Shown one piece after another: positions 1 to 12,267 of a DNA stretch of 64,000 bases (position 1 is the first letter of the stretch; each line of letters begins with the position of its first letter). The translations under genes were made by a program, and so were the position numbers. The notes beneath the pieces were generated by a model. The model was not told the DNA's origin. It searched no databases and saw only the letters and a program-made list of their open reading frames with translations. Location: contig NW_027362762.1 in assembly GCF_046119375.1 (NCBI RefSeq), forward strand, positions 254,944,001-255,008,000. Direction: 5' to 3'. The DNA comes from Phyllobates terribilis (taxonomy: Eukaryota).

Positions 1-55
1 TGGGTGTTCGACGAACCGAACCGAACTCGAACACTACGGAGGTGGCTCAACACTA
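1..55 (+). mobile_element. 3' terminus of a hAT element of the same subfamily as hAT-D; element runs off the window start
   Basis: GGTGTTCGACGAACCGAACCGAACTCGAACACTACGGAGGTGGCTCAACACTA nearly matches the hAT-D right end at ~58332-58385; TIR reverse complement is TAGTGTTGAGC. Confidence 0.8.
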
Positions 56-135
56 GTCCTGATCTGAACCTGACCATTCCAAAACACGTGTGGGGAATTC
101 TGAAGAGACAAGTTGAGCATCATTCTCCATCCAGC
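56..135 (+). pseudogene. Tc1-like transposase C-terminal fragment
   Basis: Translates (with a frameshift) to PDLN...WGILKRQVEHHSPSS, resembling the SPDLNPIENxW motif. Confidence 0.5.
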
Positions 136-753
136 AAAGGGGCTTAAGACAATATTGACTGTCAGTTTACTGCATTTAAATACATAACTTTAAAGGGGTT
201 TTGCATGTAGTCTTAACTCAGATTGGCAAAGATTTTATTGTCAAAGTAACACATTTTATTTTAGTGCTTCTTTAAGTTTAAGCTCTTTTGTCGCAACACT
301 TTCAGCATAGAAGTCAACCTTGTAACTAACTTGAGAAAAATCTATAAAATCAGACAATTAGGCGTTATCTAGACTTTTACACAATGGGAATATTTTTTTA
401 ACTGTATATGCATCTGATAACCTTTTTATTTTGCATATACAAAGAAAACAAATCCTCAAAGGAGACATATAGCACAATATTTTGTTCTCTTTAATGTTGA
501 CCTTTTCCTCTTCATTGGTTAAATATGTAAAACTGGCAATCTTTTTTATGTAAAACAAGTAATTATTTGTTGGCCATAAGCTTACTATAAATAACTGTAA
601 AGGTTACCTGCATTGAAATCAGACATTTATAAAAATGTGTTGATTTTTCTTTTTCCTGGCTTTATTTCCTTTTAATTGCTGCTGTAAAAATAGCAAACGT
701 GCTTAAGATTCTGGTCAGAATTCACTGAGAATGTTCACAAACACAGAGCTTAA

Positions 754-1184
754 ATGAGTTGTCCGGTATAAATTGATAAGTCTGCAGTCACTCAGTGTGA
801 CTGCAGACTTATGAATCTCCCAATGCATGCACTGTGTGCTGCGAGGATTTGCCAGTTTCTGAGCCTGGACCTGCTGGTAAGTATGAGTTATGCATACTCC
901 CGGCCAGAGACCATCTAGTGTGCATGGCCTTGCTCCATACACTTTTATTGAGGAAGGCCGTGCCGATTGGACGGCAGTGTCACTAGATGGGGCAGGGTCT
1001 CACTTAATATAAGTGTATGGAGCAAGGCCGAACCCACTAAACCCACTAGAGCATACATACCCACAAGTGCTGGCTCAGAAGATGGCGAATCCTTGCAGCA
1101 CACAGTGCGTTCACTGGAGGGATTCATAAGTCTGTAGTCACATAGAGTGATTGCCAACTTATCAATTTATATCGTACAACATTT
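754..1184. mobile_element. MITE with long imperfect terminal inverted repeats, TTAA-flanked (T2/Kolobok-like)
   Basis: 759-~890 (GTTGTCCGGTATAAATTGATAAG...GACTTATGAAT...CACTGTGTGCTGC) is inverted at ~1045-1180; TTAA at 750-753 and 1185-1188. Confidence 0.6.
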
Positions 1185-1359
1185 TTAAACCAACAGTTTG
1201 CAAAGGTGTGAATTTGGTGTGAATTAAAATACCTATTGTTGGTTGACTTTATGTTTATTTTCCTTCTGACTTGCAGTATTATTATTGAAACAAATTGCAA
1301 CTTGTGAATTCTGTTTCAGAGACCAGAGACCAAAAAGCAAGATCCTGTAGAAATAAAGG

Positions 1360-2290
1360 ATTGCCTTCTGTCCACATTAGTCCACTTAAAAAGGCGTTTA
1401 GTGCACTACGCAAAGCAGTAGTCCAAACGTTTCCTACTGCCTGCTACCAAGCACGCACCAGCCCATTTCCCTCGCTGTTCTTTTGATGACAGCCAGCTTT
1501 CTGTTCACATTAGTCCACTTAAAAAGGCATTTAGTGCACTACACAAAGCAGTAGTCCAAACATTTCCTACTGCCTGCTACCAAGCATGCACAAGGCCATT
1601 TTCCCTGCTTTTTTTTTGGTGACAGCCTGCCTTCTGTCCACATTAGTACACTTAAAAAGGCATTTAGTGCCCAACGCAAAGCAGTAGTCCAAACATTTCC
1701 TACTGCCTGCTACCAAGCATGCACCAGCCCATTTCCCCCTGCTATTTTTGAGGTAACAACCTGCTTTCTGTCCACATTAGTGCACTTAAAAAGGGGTTTA
1801 GTGCACTATGCAAAGCAGTAGTCCAAACATTTCCTACTGACTGCTACCTAGCACGCACCAGGCCATTTTCCCTGCTGTTTTTGGGGTGACAGCCTGCCTT
1901 CTGTCAACATTAGTCCACTTAAAAAGGCGTTTAGTGCACTACGCAAAGTAGTAGTCCAAACATTTCCTACTGCCTGCTACCAAGCACGCACCAGCCCATT
2001 TTCCCCGCTGTTTTTGGGGTGACAGCCTGCCTTCTGTCCACATTAGTCAATTTAAAAAGGTGTTTAGTGAACAACGCAAAGCAGTAGTCCAAACATTTCC
2101 TACTGCTAGCTACAAAGCTCGCACCAGGCCATTTTCCCCGCTGTTTTTGGGGTGACAGCCTGCCTTCTGTCCACATTAGTACACTTAAAAAGGCATTTAG
2201 TGCACTACGCAAAGCAGTAGTCTAAACATTTCCTTCTTCCTGCTACCAAGCATGCACCAGGCCATTTTACCCACTATTTTGACTGTTACA
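1360..2290 (+). repeat. Tandem array of ~7 x 133-bp units directly upstream of the hAT-A transposase
   Basis: T(C/T)(C/A)ACATTAG recurs at 1371, 1504, 1637, 1771, 1904, 2037, 2170. Confidence 0.95.
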
Positions 2291-2303
2291 GCTAGCTTGG
2301 CTT

Positions 2304-5300
2304 GTGCCATCAACATCTGAAAATCTGTCAACAAAACCCAAAATGCCAAAAAAGCCTGTTGTTAAGGGATGTGGACGTGGACATGGTGTTGTCAGTGGTA
2401 CGCGAGAAGGCACTCAGTCTGTGTCAGGTCAGAAGAAGCTTGATGCATCCACTATGTTCCTGGAAAAATTTTCCGGTCTGAAATGTAAACATGTGTGGAA
2501 GACAGAAAAGCGAGAGCAGATTCTGTCTTGGATAGCAGACAAGGCCTCTACGCAATTGCCAAGCAGCAACAAATCTTCCACGACCACACAGTCTACTGTC
2601 GATACACAGAAGGCTGGCCCATCCAATCCTGAAGCATGTTCTCCTTCCTCCGGCCATTATCAGTCACAGTAGACATATGACCCCAAGCTTGGCCACTCCG
2701 AGGATCTGTTTGGTGCGTATCCTTTGATTGGCTCTGGCCTATCACCGTGCAGCATTGAAGAGGGACAAGAGGAGGTGGCGTGCATTGATGCTCAAGTATT
2801 TGAGGACCTACGGTCAGAAGAAAGCCACCTGGAGGAGCATCATTTACAGTACTGTCTCCAGAGGTGGAGGCTGATGATGATGAGACACAGTTGCCATCAG
2901 GTCAGCCTACAATGTCAACTGGGAAGCAGGATGAGATGGAAGATGAGGTGGTCGATGATGAGTCCACTGATCCGACCTGAACTGTTGGCATTCATAGCCA
3001 TGACAGCAATACAGAGGAAGTTGGATATGTAGCACCAACACAGGCACCAAGGGGTCATGGTTTGCCTAGAGTGAGCACTAGGTCAAGTGTTCCCAAGAGC
3101 ACCCCCGCTGTGCACCAAGTCAGGGCAAAGGGGCCGTTCAGCTGCTGTGTGGAATTTTTTTTCTGAAAGTCCGTTAGAGAAATACAATGTAGTCTGTAGC
3201 TTCTGCCATACCAAGTTGAGCAGAGGCCAGGGCAAAGGCAACCTGAGCACCATCAGTATGCTAAACCACATGGCAGCAAAGCACCCCATAGGTGGGCGGA
3301 ACACCAGGGTATCAAATCTGTGACTGCGGGTCAAACCAATACCATGTCGCCTGGGCTATGTCCTTCAGAATCAGCTGTTCAGGAAGCAGGTGCTCATACC
3401 TCCTGCCCGCAAGCTGCGGTTGCTCACACACAACAAACATCAACCACATCCACTTCCTTGTCCCAGCAAAGCGTCCACTTATCCATGCCTGAGAGCTTGG
3501 AATTAAAGCATAAATACCCAGCCACGCACCCACAGGCACAAATACTAATCTCGAACATTGCCAAATTATTAGCTGTGGAGATGTTGCCATTTAGGCTTGT
3601 GGGAACACAGTCTTTCCATTATCTCTTGGCTGTGGCTGCCCCACGATACAGTGTTCACTATTTTCCCCCGTGTGTTGTCCCTGCGTTACACAAGCATGTG
3701 TTAAACAGTCTGCACCGTGCTCTCACCAATGCTCTAACCAGGAAGGTCCACCTAACAAGAGACACCTGGAAAAGTTGTTGTGGACAGAGATGATACATTT
3801 CTGTCATGGCACACTGGGTGAACCTGGTGAAGGGTGGGACAAAGGCGCAAACTGGAACATCACACATCCTACCCATGCCAAGAATAGCGGGCCAAACTTC
3901 TGTCAGGGTTTCTGCCTCTTCATATTCCACTTTCTCTTTCCCCTCTTCCTGCTCCTCATCCTCTGCTGAATTACCCTCCCCATCACTGCCAAGCTGGGAT
4001 CTGTGCAGCAGCGCATTGGCAAAGCGGCAACACACTCTGCTGAAGCTGATCTGTTTAGATCAGAAAGCACACACTGCAGCAGAGCTGTGGCAAGCTTTAA
4101 AACAACAGACCAATCAGTGGCTCTCCCTCCTGCACATGCAACCCGGTCTGGTGGTCTGCTATAATGGGCGTAACCTGGTGGTAGCTTTAAAGGTCGGAAA
4201 GCTGGTACAAGTGCCATGTATGGCTCATGTGCTGAACCTAGTTGTTCAGAAATTTCTGAAAACTTCCCGTGACTTGCCATACCTACTTGAGAAGGTCTGC
4301 CGTATTAGCTCCCATTTCTGCCATTCCTCTTCTGCTTTTGCAGCACTGTACGAGCATGAATTTGCCAAGTCACTGACTCATGTGCGACCTGACCACAGGG
4401 TGGAAGTCAACCTATCACATGTTAGTGAAGATTAGTGAACAGCAGAAGGCAGTAGCTGAATTCCAGCTTCAACATGCCCGTCAGACTGAGAGTCAGCCAC
4501 CACACATAACAACTGTTGAGTGGGTGTGGATCGCTGACATTTGTGAGGTTCTTGAGAACTTTGAGTACTGCACCAACCTCATGAGCGGTGATCAGGCTAT
4601 TATCAGCGTAACCATCCCGCTACTGTGTCTCTTGAAACAATCACTGCATAATCTCAAAGAGGAAGCTTTGAATGCCCAGCATGTTGGTATGGAGCCAGAT
4701 TTCCCAATGGGTGATACTACCCAGCCCAGCCAATTTTCTGAAGCAACATTGGGTGATGAGGAGGAAGATGAGGAGAATGAGGAGGGAGAGTACTTGTTTT
4801 TCTGTGCTACTGAGGGGACTCATAATGCTACAGAGGGGCCACCCAACCCAAGCTTCAGGTCTGACCAGCCTGGATGGCCTGGAGAGGAGGAGGCGGAGGA
4901 GGCGAGTAAGCATGAGGAGAGGATGGGTACTGTTACTACTGTTGGGGACACAAATATTTGCCTTTTTGCAGCTTGGCCCACATGGCACAGTTCATGTCTA
5001 AGTGTCTGTGGCAAGACTCTCGCGTAATACACATTTTATTCAACAACCTATACTGGTTGGCCGCCTTTCTTGATCCACAGTACAAAATTTCCCTTCTCTC
5101 CTTTTGGAGTCAACAAAGAGTTTTAGAATGGCATCGTTCAAGAGGGCCGTTGTAGATCAGTTGTTGAAAACATCACCCTCAGACAATGCTGGTGGCAGTG
5201 GTACCAGCTCTTTTCAACACCAAGGGATAATGGGGAGAGACACGAACACCAGCTCCAACAGAGGTAGGGGTAAAATGTGCGCAAATTGGGCAATTTTCAA

Positions 5301-5652
5301 TAAACAAGCACAACAGCAAGGGCTATCTGTTCCTGTATCAATGCCAAGGAGGGATAAGTTTCAGAACATGGTCAAGGGGTACTTAAGTGACCATATGTGC
5401 TTCCTTTCTGACGCTTCAGTTCCCTTTAATTACTAGGTGTCTAAGCTGAACACTTGGCCTGACCTCTCCTTATATGCCATGGAGGTACTGGTCTGCCCGG
5501 CTGCTAGTGTGGTGTCTGAGCATGTTTTCAGTTCCGCAGGGGCAATCATCACTGATAGGCGCACAAGCCTCTCCAGGGAAATTGCAGACAGACTTACTCT
5601 GATTAAATTCAACAAGTACTGGATCCCTCCAGATGACAGCAAGCCAACCTAA
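2304..5652 (+). pseudogene. hAT (Ac-type, BED-finger) transposase pseudogene, element A
   Basis: Collinear ORF fragments: BED finger VWNFF..VCSFC..NHMAAKHP; LLAVEMLPFRLV; KVHLTRDTW; PCMAHVLNLVVQ; CDLTTGWKSTYHML; C-terminal dimerisation region CPAASVVSEHVFSSAG; several stops and frameshifts. Confidence 0.93.
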
Positions 5653-6579
5653 ATTCACCAAAAATGCAGATTCATGCTACTGCTGTTAATGTCACCCCCT
5701 TCCCATAAAAACTCATTTCCTTCCTTCGTCAACCATGACTCAGCCCATAGGGCTAATTTTTACAAACCCTTTGCACATTGTGCAGTGGGCAAACAAGGAC
5801 AGTATTCCTACTCCAGCATAACCACTATTTGTGATTGGAGGCCCTGGGGATGGTGGCTTCCTGCGTCAACCATAACTCAGCCCATAGGGCTAATTTTTAC
5901 AAACCCTATGCACATAGTGCAGTGGACACATCTGGAATGTACAGTGGTCCTACCAAACTAATATTTGTCATTGGAGGTCCTTGTCACAGGTTGTGCCACA
6001 TTGTGACTGAGATAGGGGATACATATTCAATAGAAATGTACTGTCAGTCACCCTATTTGGCAATAAATCATGCCTAGCTTGTGTCACATTGTGACTGAGA
6101 TAGGGGATACATATTCAATAGAAATTTACACTAACTGTTGATGACCGACTGATGGCCCTCTGAAAACTTGAATTGAGGGCCACCACTACTACAGTACTCC
6201 ATCGTAGATAATGTTTGTCAAGGGAGTCCCTTGTCATGGAATCTTCCTGCATCTATGACACAGCACCCAGGAGTAATTTTTGGAGATACGATGCACATTC
6301 TGCACTGTACCAAGTAGCACAGTATCAAGAAGTCTTCTCCTCCTATATAATCTGGGGAATATTGACAATCAAAATCTTTGAGCCATTTGGGAAGCTTCTC
6401 CAACCCATCCTAGAGGGTCGGGCACCATATATCCTTTGTTCATTGACTTGCACAAGTGATATATTTGAGCTCGTCATCCAGTTGACTAATGCAGCTTTAT
6501 TTTTTCGGTTCACAGAGTTAAGCCAAACCTGAGGATTGCAGGCCTCAGTCACTGCTACCTTCTAGTACTCCATGTCTCT

Positions 6580-7349
6580 TTACCTTTTTCTCTGTAGTCC
6601 ATGAAGGCCTGCTGCACAAAGTCTCCTCTTAACAGTTGTTGTAGAGATGTGTCTGCTGCTAGAACTCTGTGTGGCATTGACCTGGTCTCTAATCTGAGCT
6701 GCTGTTAACCTGTGATTTCTGAGGCTGGTGACTTGGATAAACTTATCCTCAGAAGCAGAGGTGACTCTTGGTCTTCCTTTCCTGGGGCGGTCCTCATGTG
6801 AGCCAATTTCTTTGTAGCGCTTGATGGTTTTTGCAACTGCACTTGGGGACACTTTCAAAGTTTGCCCAATTTTTCGGACTGACTGACCTTCATTTCTCAA
6901 AGTAATGATGGCCACTAGTTTTTCTTTACTTAGCTGCTTTTTTCTTGCCATAATACAAAATCTAACAGTCTATTCAGTTGAACTATCAGCTGTGTATCCA
7001 CCAGACTTCTGCACAACACAACAGATGGTCCCAATCCCATTTATAAGGCAAGAAATCCCACTTATTAAACCTGACAGGGCACACCTGTGAAGTGACTACC
7101 TCTTGAAGCTCATCAAGAAAATGCCAAGAGAGTACAAAGCAGTCATCAAAGCAAAAGGTGGCTACTTTGAAGAACCTAGAATATAAGACATATTTTCAGT
7201 TGTTTCACACTTTTTTGTTAAGTATATAATTCCACATGTGTTAATTCATAGGTTTGATGCCTTAATTGTGAATGTACAATTTTCATAGTCATGAAAATAC
7301 AGAAAAATCTTTAAATGACATGGTGTGTCCAAACTTTTGGTCTGTACTC
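6580..7349 (-). mobile_element. 3'-truncated Tc1 element (5' TIR plus N-terminal HTH region of the transposase)
   Basis: ORF 6580-6951 MARKKQLSKEK...RKGRPRVTS (paired-like HTH, GRPR motif); TIR-like (C)AGTACAGACCAAAAGTTTGGACACACC on the minus strand at ~7322-7349. Confidence 0.85.
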
Positions 7350-8582
7350 TGTGCACATTTAATAAATACTTTTTTTTCACCAAAATTCACCCTTTCCCAA
7401 AAATGACCTAATATGACCATAAAACCATATATGACACTGTATTACTGTGGCGTGTGTGGATGTAAAATTTGACTAGTAAGACAGAAGTGCAAAAAAAATA
7501 ATTTTCTTTCCCTTCACAAAAATGATTGCAAAAAAATGCACAAACGTTATACAGACACTTGTGAAAAGTAAGCACTTTCTCTGACATTGATTACTGAACT
7601 GTGCTGTCTTGATTTTACTTTTTAATGCATTAAGAGTTAAAAAAATGTATAAATATAGATCAAATGCAACAGGACTGATGCCAACTAAACTATCTCACTA
7701 ACCAATCACACTGGGTATGGGACTCCTGCTAGCATCTATCCTATCATCTCTCGCTCTCTCTTTATAAATTGAATCTTTATATCATTTCCAGACTTCTTCT
7801 CTGTAGTATTTGTCCAATGTTTAGGGCTGTCTGTTGTTGAACTGTGAGCTCTGACAAACTCACACTATCTTAAAATCACCCCAACATGGCTGCTGCATTC
7901 ATTGTTTAGCCTTTTATACAGGCAATAATAGCCCATCTTGATTATCTGTGCTATATCATCTGACGTGATAGCTGCAAAGTTTTATGGGGAAGCCTGTGAA
8001 GTTTTACCTGAGGTCATGTGGGTCTTCTGTGATTAATGCATTCTTCTACCACTTGTAAAAAGTCGTTGTGCATTTTTTTGCGATTTGTGCTAATCAAATC
8101 TCAATCACACATTGCTTGACCTGGGACCTGCAAATTTAATAAAATGTGGCCTAAATTTGATTTACATTGCATTATCTCTAGTGACAAACAATATGACTAC
8201 ACCTATTTTTGTAAATTTTGTTTATTTATTTTTTTAATGGCAATTGAAACAAAGCACAAAAATATTAATTTCTAAGACATTAATAGGAGGCTAGTTGTAT
8301 GCTTTCAGTTGAAATATTGTTTTTCCATGATGTGCAACACATGAGCAAATTATGATTATATCAAAAAACACATGTAAACAGTTTAAAATAATAAAATATC
8401 TTTTCAAATGTGAATTTCCTCTTAGTATCTACATTCTTTGAGTGTCATGATATGACGCTGTGTATTGGATCTGTTTTAATTTGCCCGAACAGATGTGTAT
8501 AAATATACTAACAACCAGAAGCAGAATTTTAACACACCCAAATATAGTACATTAGACATCGAATATAGGGTATTCCAATTTA

Positions 8583-10326
8583 TCTATAATATAACCGGAG
8601 ATGCGTGTCTCTGTCTGAAGCCTTTGTAGACTACGCAAGCGTGACACACCTGCGCAGTCTGGCTCCAGACAGAAGAACTCATCAAGCCGTTACAGGTAAT
8701 AGGAGTGTGTATGGCGCTGGAGATCACGGTATGCGTAGACACTGAACACACACCACGATCTCTGGCACCATACTTACATACTTACGTGACCGAGAGGAGC
8801 ATTGCCACAGCGCTTCTCTTCGCCGGAGACCGGGGCAAAAGTGAGGTGTCGGAATCGGCACATGCGCATAGCGCTATCCGGCGCCATTTTACTGAAGGCA
8901 CATTTGCAGTGTGTCTTCAGCAAAATGGCACCAGACAGTTCGGTATGAGCACACGCATACTCCACCGCTGCACTCCTCCCCCGGCCTCCGGCAGAACAGG
9001 ACACAGCGTTGGAGCACAGGGAAGAAAGGTGAGTATAAGTGTTTATTTTTTTTGTATGTGTGCAGCGTGAAAGGGATGAGGAGTGCCATACATACCAGGA
9101 TTGGTGGGTGAGGGGGCCATACATACCAAGATTGGGAGATGAGGGGTGCCATACATACCAGGATTGGGGGGTGAGGAGTGCCATGCATACCAGGATTGGG
9201 GGATGAGGGGTACCAAGCATACCAGGATAGGGGGATGAGGGGTACCAAGCATACTAGGATTGAGGTATGAGGGGCACCATACATACCAGGATTGTTGGGT
9301 GAGGGGACCATGCATACAAGGATTGGGAATGAGGGGTACTATGCTTACCAGGATTGGGTTGAAGGGTGCAATGGATGCCAGGATTGGGGATCAGGGGTGC
9401 CATGCATACCAGGATAGGGATGAGGGGGTGTCATGCATACCAGGATAGGTATGAAGGGTACCATGCATACCAGTATAGGGATGTGGGGGGGCCATGCATA
9501 CCAGGATTCAGAATAGGGGCTATGCTTACCAGGATAGGGATGAGGGGTACTATCCATACCAGGATATGGGGTTCCATGCATACCAGGATTGGGTATGAAG
9601 AGAGTCATGCATTCCAGGATGAGGGATGAAGGGTGCCATGCATACCAGGGTTGGGGGTGATGGGTGCCATGCATACCAGGATTGGGGGTGAGGGGACCAT
9701 GCATACCAGGATTGGAGGTGATGGGTGCCATGCATACCAGGATTGGGGGTGAGGGGTGCCATGCATACCAGAATTGGCAGATGAGGGGTGCCATGCATAC
9801 CAGGATTGGGGGTGAGGGGTGCCATGCATACCAGGATTGAGGGTGAAGGGTGCCATACATTCCAGGAGGGGGATGATGGGTGTCATGCATACCAGGATGG
9901 GGATGAGGGGTGCCATGCATATTAGGATAGGGATGAGGGGTGCCATGCATACCAGGATTGGGGGTGAGGGGTGCCATGCATACCAGAATTGGCAGGTGAG
10001 GGGTGCCATGTATACCAGGATTGGGGATGAGGGGTGCCATGCATACCAGGATTGAGGGTGAAGGGTGCCATACATTCCAGGATGGGGATAATGGGTGCCA
10101 TTCATACCAGGATGGGGATGAGAGGTGCCATGCATATTAGGATAGGGATGAGGGGTGCCATGCATACCAAGATAGGGATGAGGGGTGCCATGCATACCAG
10201 GATAGGATGGTGGGGACAGGATGGGGGCAGCACAAATACCAGGAGGTGGCAGCACATACCAGCATGGGAGACCATATACCAATAAAAATGCTCGCCACCC
10301 GGGTGTAGAACAGGTTCAATAGCTAG
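8583..10326 (+). mobile_element. Non-autonomous Helitron H1
   Basis: A|TCTATAATATAA 5' end at 8583; 3' end CCCGGGTGTAGAACAGGTTCAATAGCTAG|T; inserted between A and T with no TSD; ~450-bp core shared with H2/H3. Confidence 0.85.
9065..10265 (+). repeat. ~30-bp minisatellite inside H1
   Basis: Unit GGGGTGCCATGCATACCAGGATTGGGGGTGA and variants. Confidence 0.95.
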
Positions 10327-12267
10327 TTAAATTACGTTCAAAAACAGCTGTGCTTGTTCTAGGAAGACAAAGGCAACAGTATCCATCTAATATTCCACTT
10401 ACCAATGCAGAACCTGCAGAGTGGCTCATGGTCTTTATTTACATTTAATCGGCATTTGACCATTTAGTGACCACAATGGTCATGTGCCTTTCAATTGGCA
10501 TCTTCATTAAGTAATGAGGGCTATGATGCTAGTATCTTAGCACTTGACCTTTTGAGCCACATATTAACTATAGCCAACATGTAAGCAGAGACCATATCTT
10601 TTTTCAATAATTTCACACCATAAATGTTTGTCTTGTTGTTTAAATGTTTTTTTGTTGGTGATTGTTATAGTATCTTTCTCACAACCTTGTCATAGATACA
10701 ATAATAGATCAATATAATTAACATGTATTTTGTTACACTCACCACTGTAATACTGGCATGACCTTTCCCCATTTTGATCTACTTTAAATAAACAGCTAAA
10801 AAATATGGTTATTATTGTGTATGTAACTGTTGGTTTATCAGATTGAAGAGCTGACTTGAAATGTCAAGGCTGCATAATAATTAGAATCACTTTTCTCACA
10901 TGTCAGGGGATGAATCCAATTGTACATCAGGTTGTAGGGGTTATTTTGAAATGTTTTTACTATTCATAAGCGTACGGTGTAAGCTTTGTCAGTGCATAAG
11001 AGAACACAGATGTCTGCACATTTATAAAAGTTTCCTTAAGTGTTGTGAAATATTCAGCAAGGCTATTCTGAAGAGTTATTGAAGTAATGTTAATGGCTGA
11101 AAGACCTGCATATTATATTCTTTCATTGCAGAGCAGTCGTTACAGACTCTACAGATTTCTACACTTATGGTCAGTGTACTCATCCTATTCTTTCTATGTT
11201 TTCTTTCTTTCAATGCTTGAAAACATTTTTCATTCTTTTATTGATTTAAAAATATAAAGGTAAACGGAACTTTCTATATCACCCCCTCATACTTTCAACC
11301 TTTCTGAACCTTTCTATTCATCATTCATACTGTGTTTTCTTTAGTAAGGCACCTCTGCAATAAAAATTCAGATTCCAGTATGTAAGAGAACATGATGACC
11401 ATTCATAGAAATATGTTCAAAAAAGAAAACATCTATTCTACCAAGGTTAAATGTTTCCTTATGAAATACACATTTTAATACATTTTTGTACAAAAAAAAA
11501 GAAAAAACACACAATGTTAAAAGCAACATTTGCAATATGGATCTCGTCAAGGGCACATAACTTCACTACATAGAGAAATAATTGAAAAGTGAATTAACAT
11601 TTGCGTCACATCTTTTTTTTACATGCAGAGGAATAGGATGCGCTTATTGTATTTGATGAATAACATAATATAGGCATTGCTAACGTTAAGAGCATTAATT
11701 TATGATTAAATACATATTTAAACATTTTTTGGTTCCTGTGATTTTATTGTTATTCATTTAATGCAGAATAATAGTAATTATTGTATAGTTTAAAATAATT
11801 AAAAAAATTATTATGTAATCACAGGTAATAGCTAGTGATGATCGAGCATACTCGCAAGTACTCGGTATTCGCCCGAGCATCTCAGTACTCGAGATGCTCG
11901 GAGCTCGCTGAGTACTTGCGAGATGCTCGGGAGGATGCTCGGGTCCCTTCCCTGCATGTTTGGTGTTCTTTAGAGTGCCAATCAACATGCAGGGATTGCC
12001 TGCCACTCACTGTAATGCCGCAGCCATGTTGGTTGTTACATGGCCGCACAGCGTCATCAGGTCTATTTCAGACATGGCGCCGCTGTGCTCGTCAGTCTAC
12101 TGCGCAATCAGGCAGTGTAGGGAGAGGTGCTGCTGAGCTAGGGGTATATTTAGTTGTGCATTAGGTAGTGTTGGGAGAAAACAAGTACACTACACATATC
12201 CATCTCAACAAACAGTCATTCTGAGGACTAATCCATCTGCAGAGATATCAGGCAGGTAGTGTATATA

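Noticed and set aside
3658-5661. Antisense or overlapping ORFs on hAT transposases (also 14679-17098, 47283-48149, 58408-59851)
   Set aside because: Shadow frames of GC-balanced transposase sequence, with no independent homology.
1200-6200. Termini and TSD for hAT-A
   Set aside because: No TAG(T/A)G(A/T)TG TIR found on either side; only the array, the coding remnant and 3' repeats are supported.
8774-10319. ORFs encoding MHGTPHPHPG / LVCMAPL repeats (also 19914-20779 and 22479-24049)
   Set aside because: They are open in several frames on both strands because the minisatellite units lack stop codons; no evidence of a protein.
10390-10620. Minus-strand exon ending in TTG|GTAAGT (~10400)
   Set aside because: Upstream frames contain several stops and no convincing acceptor.
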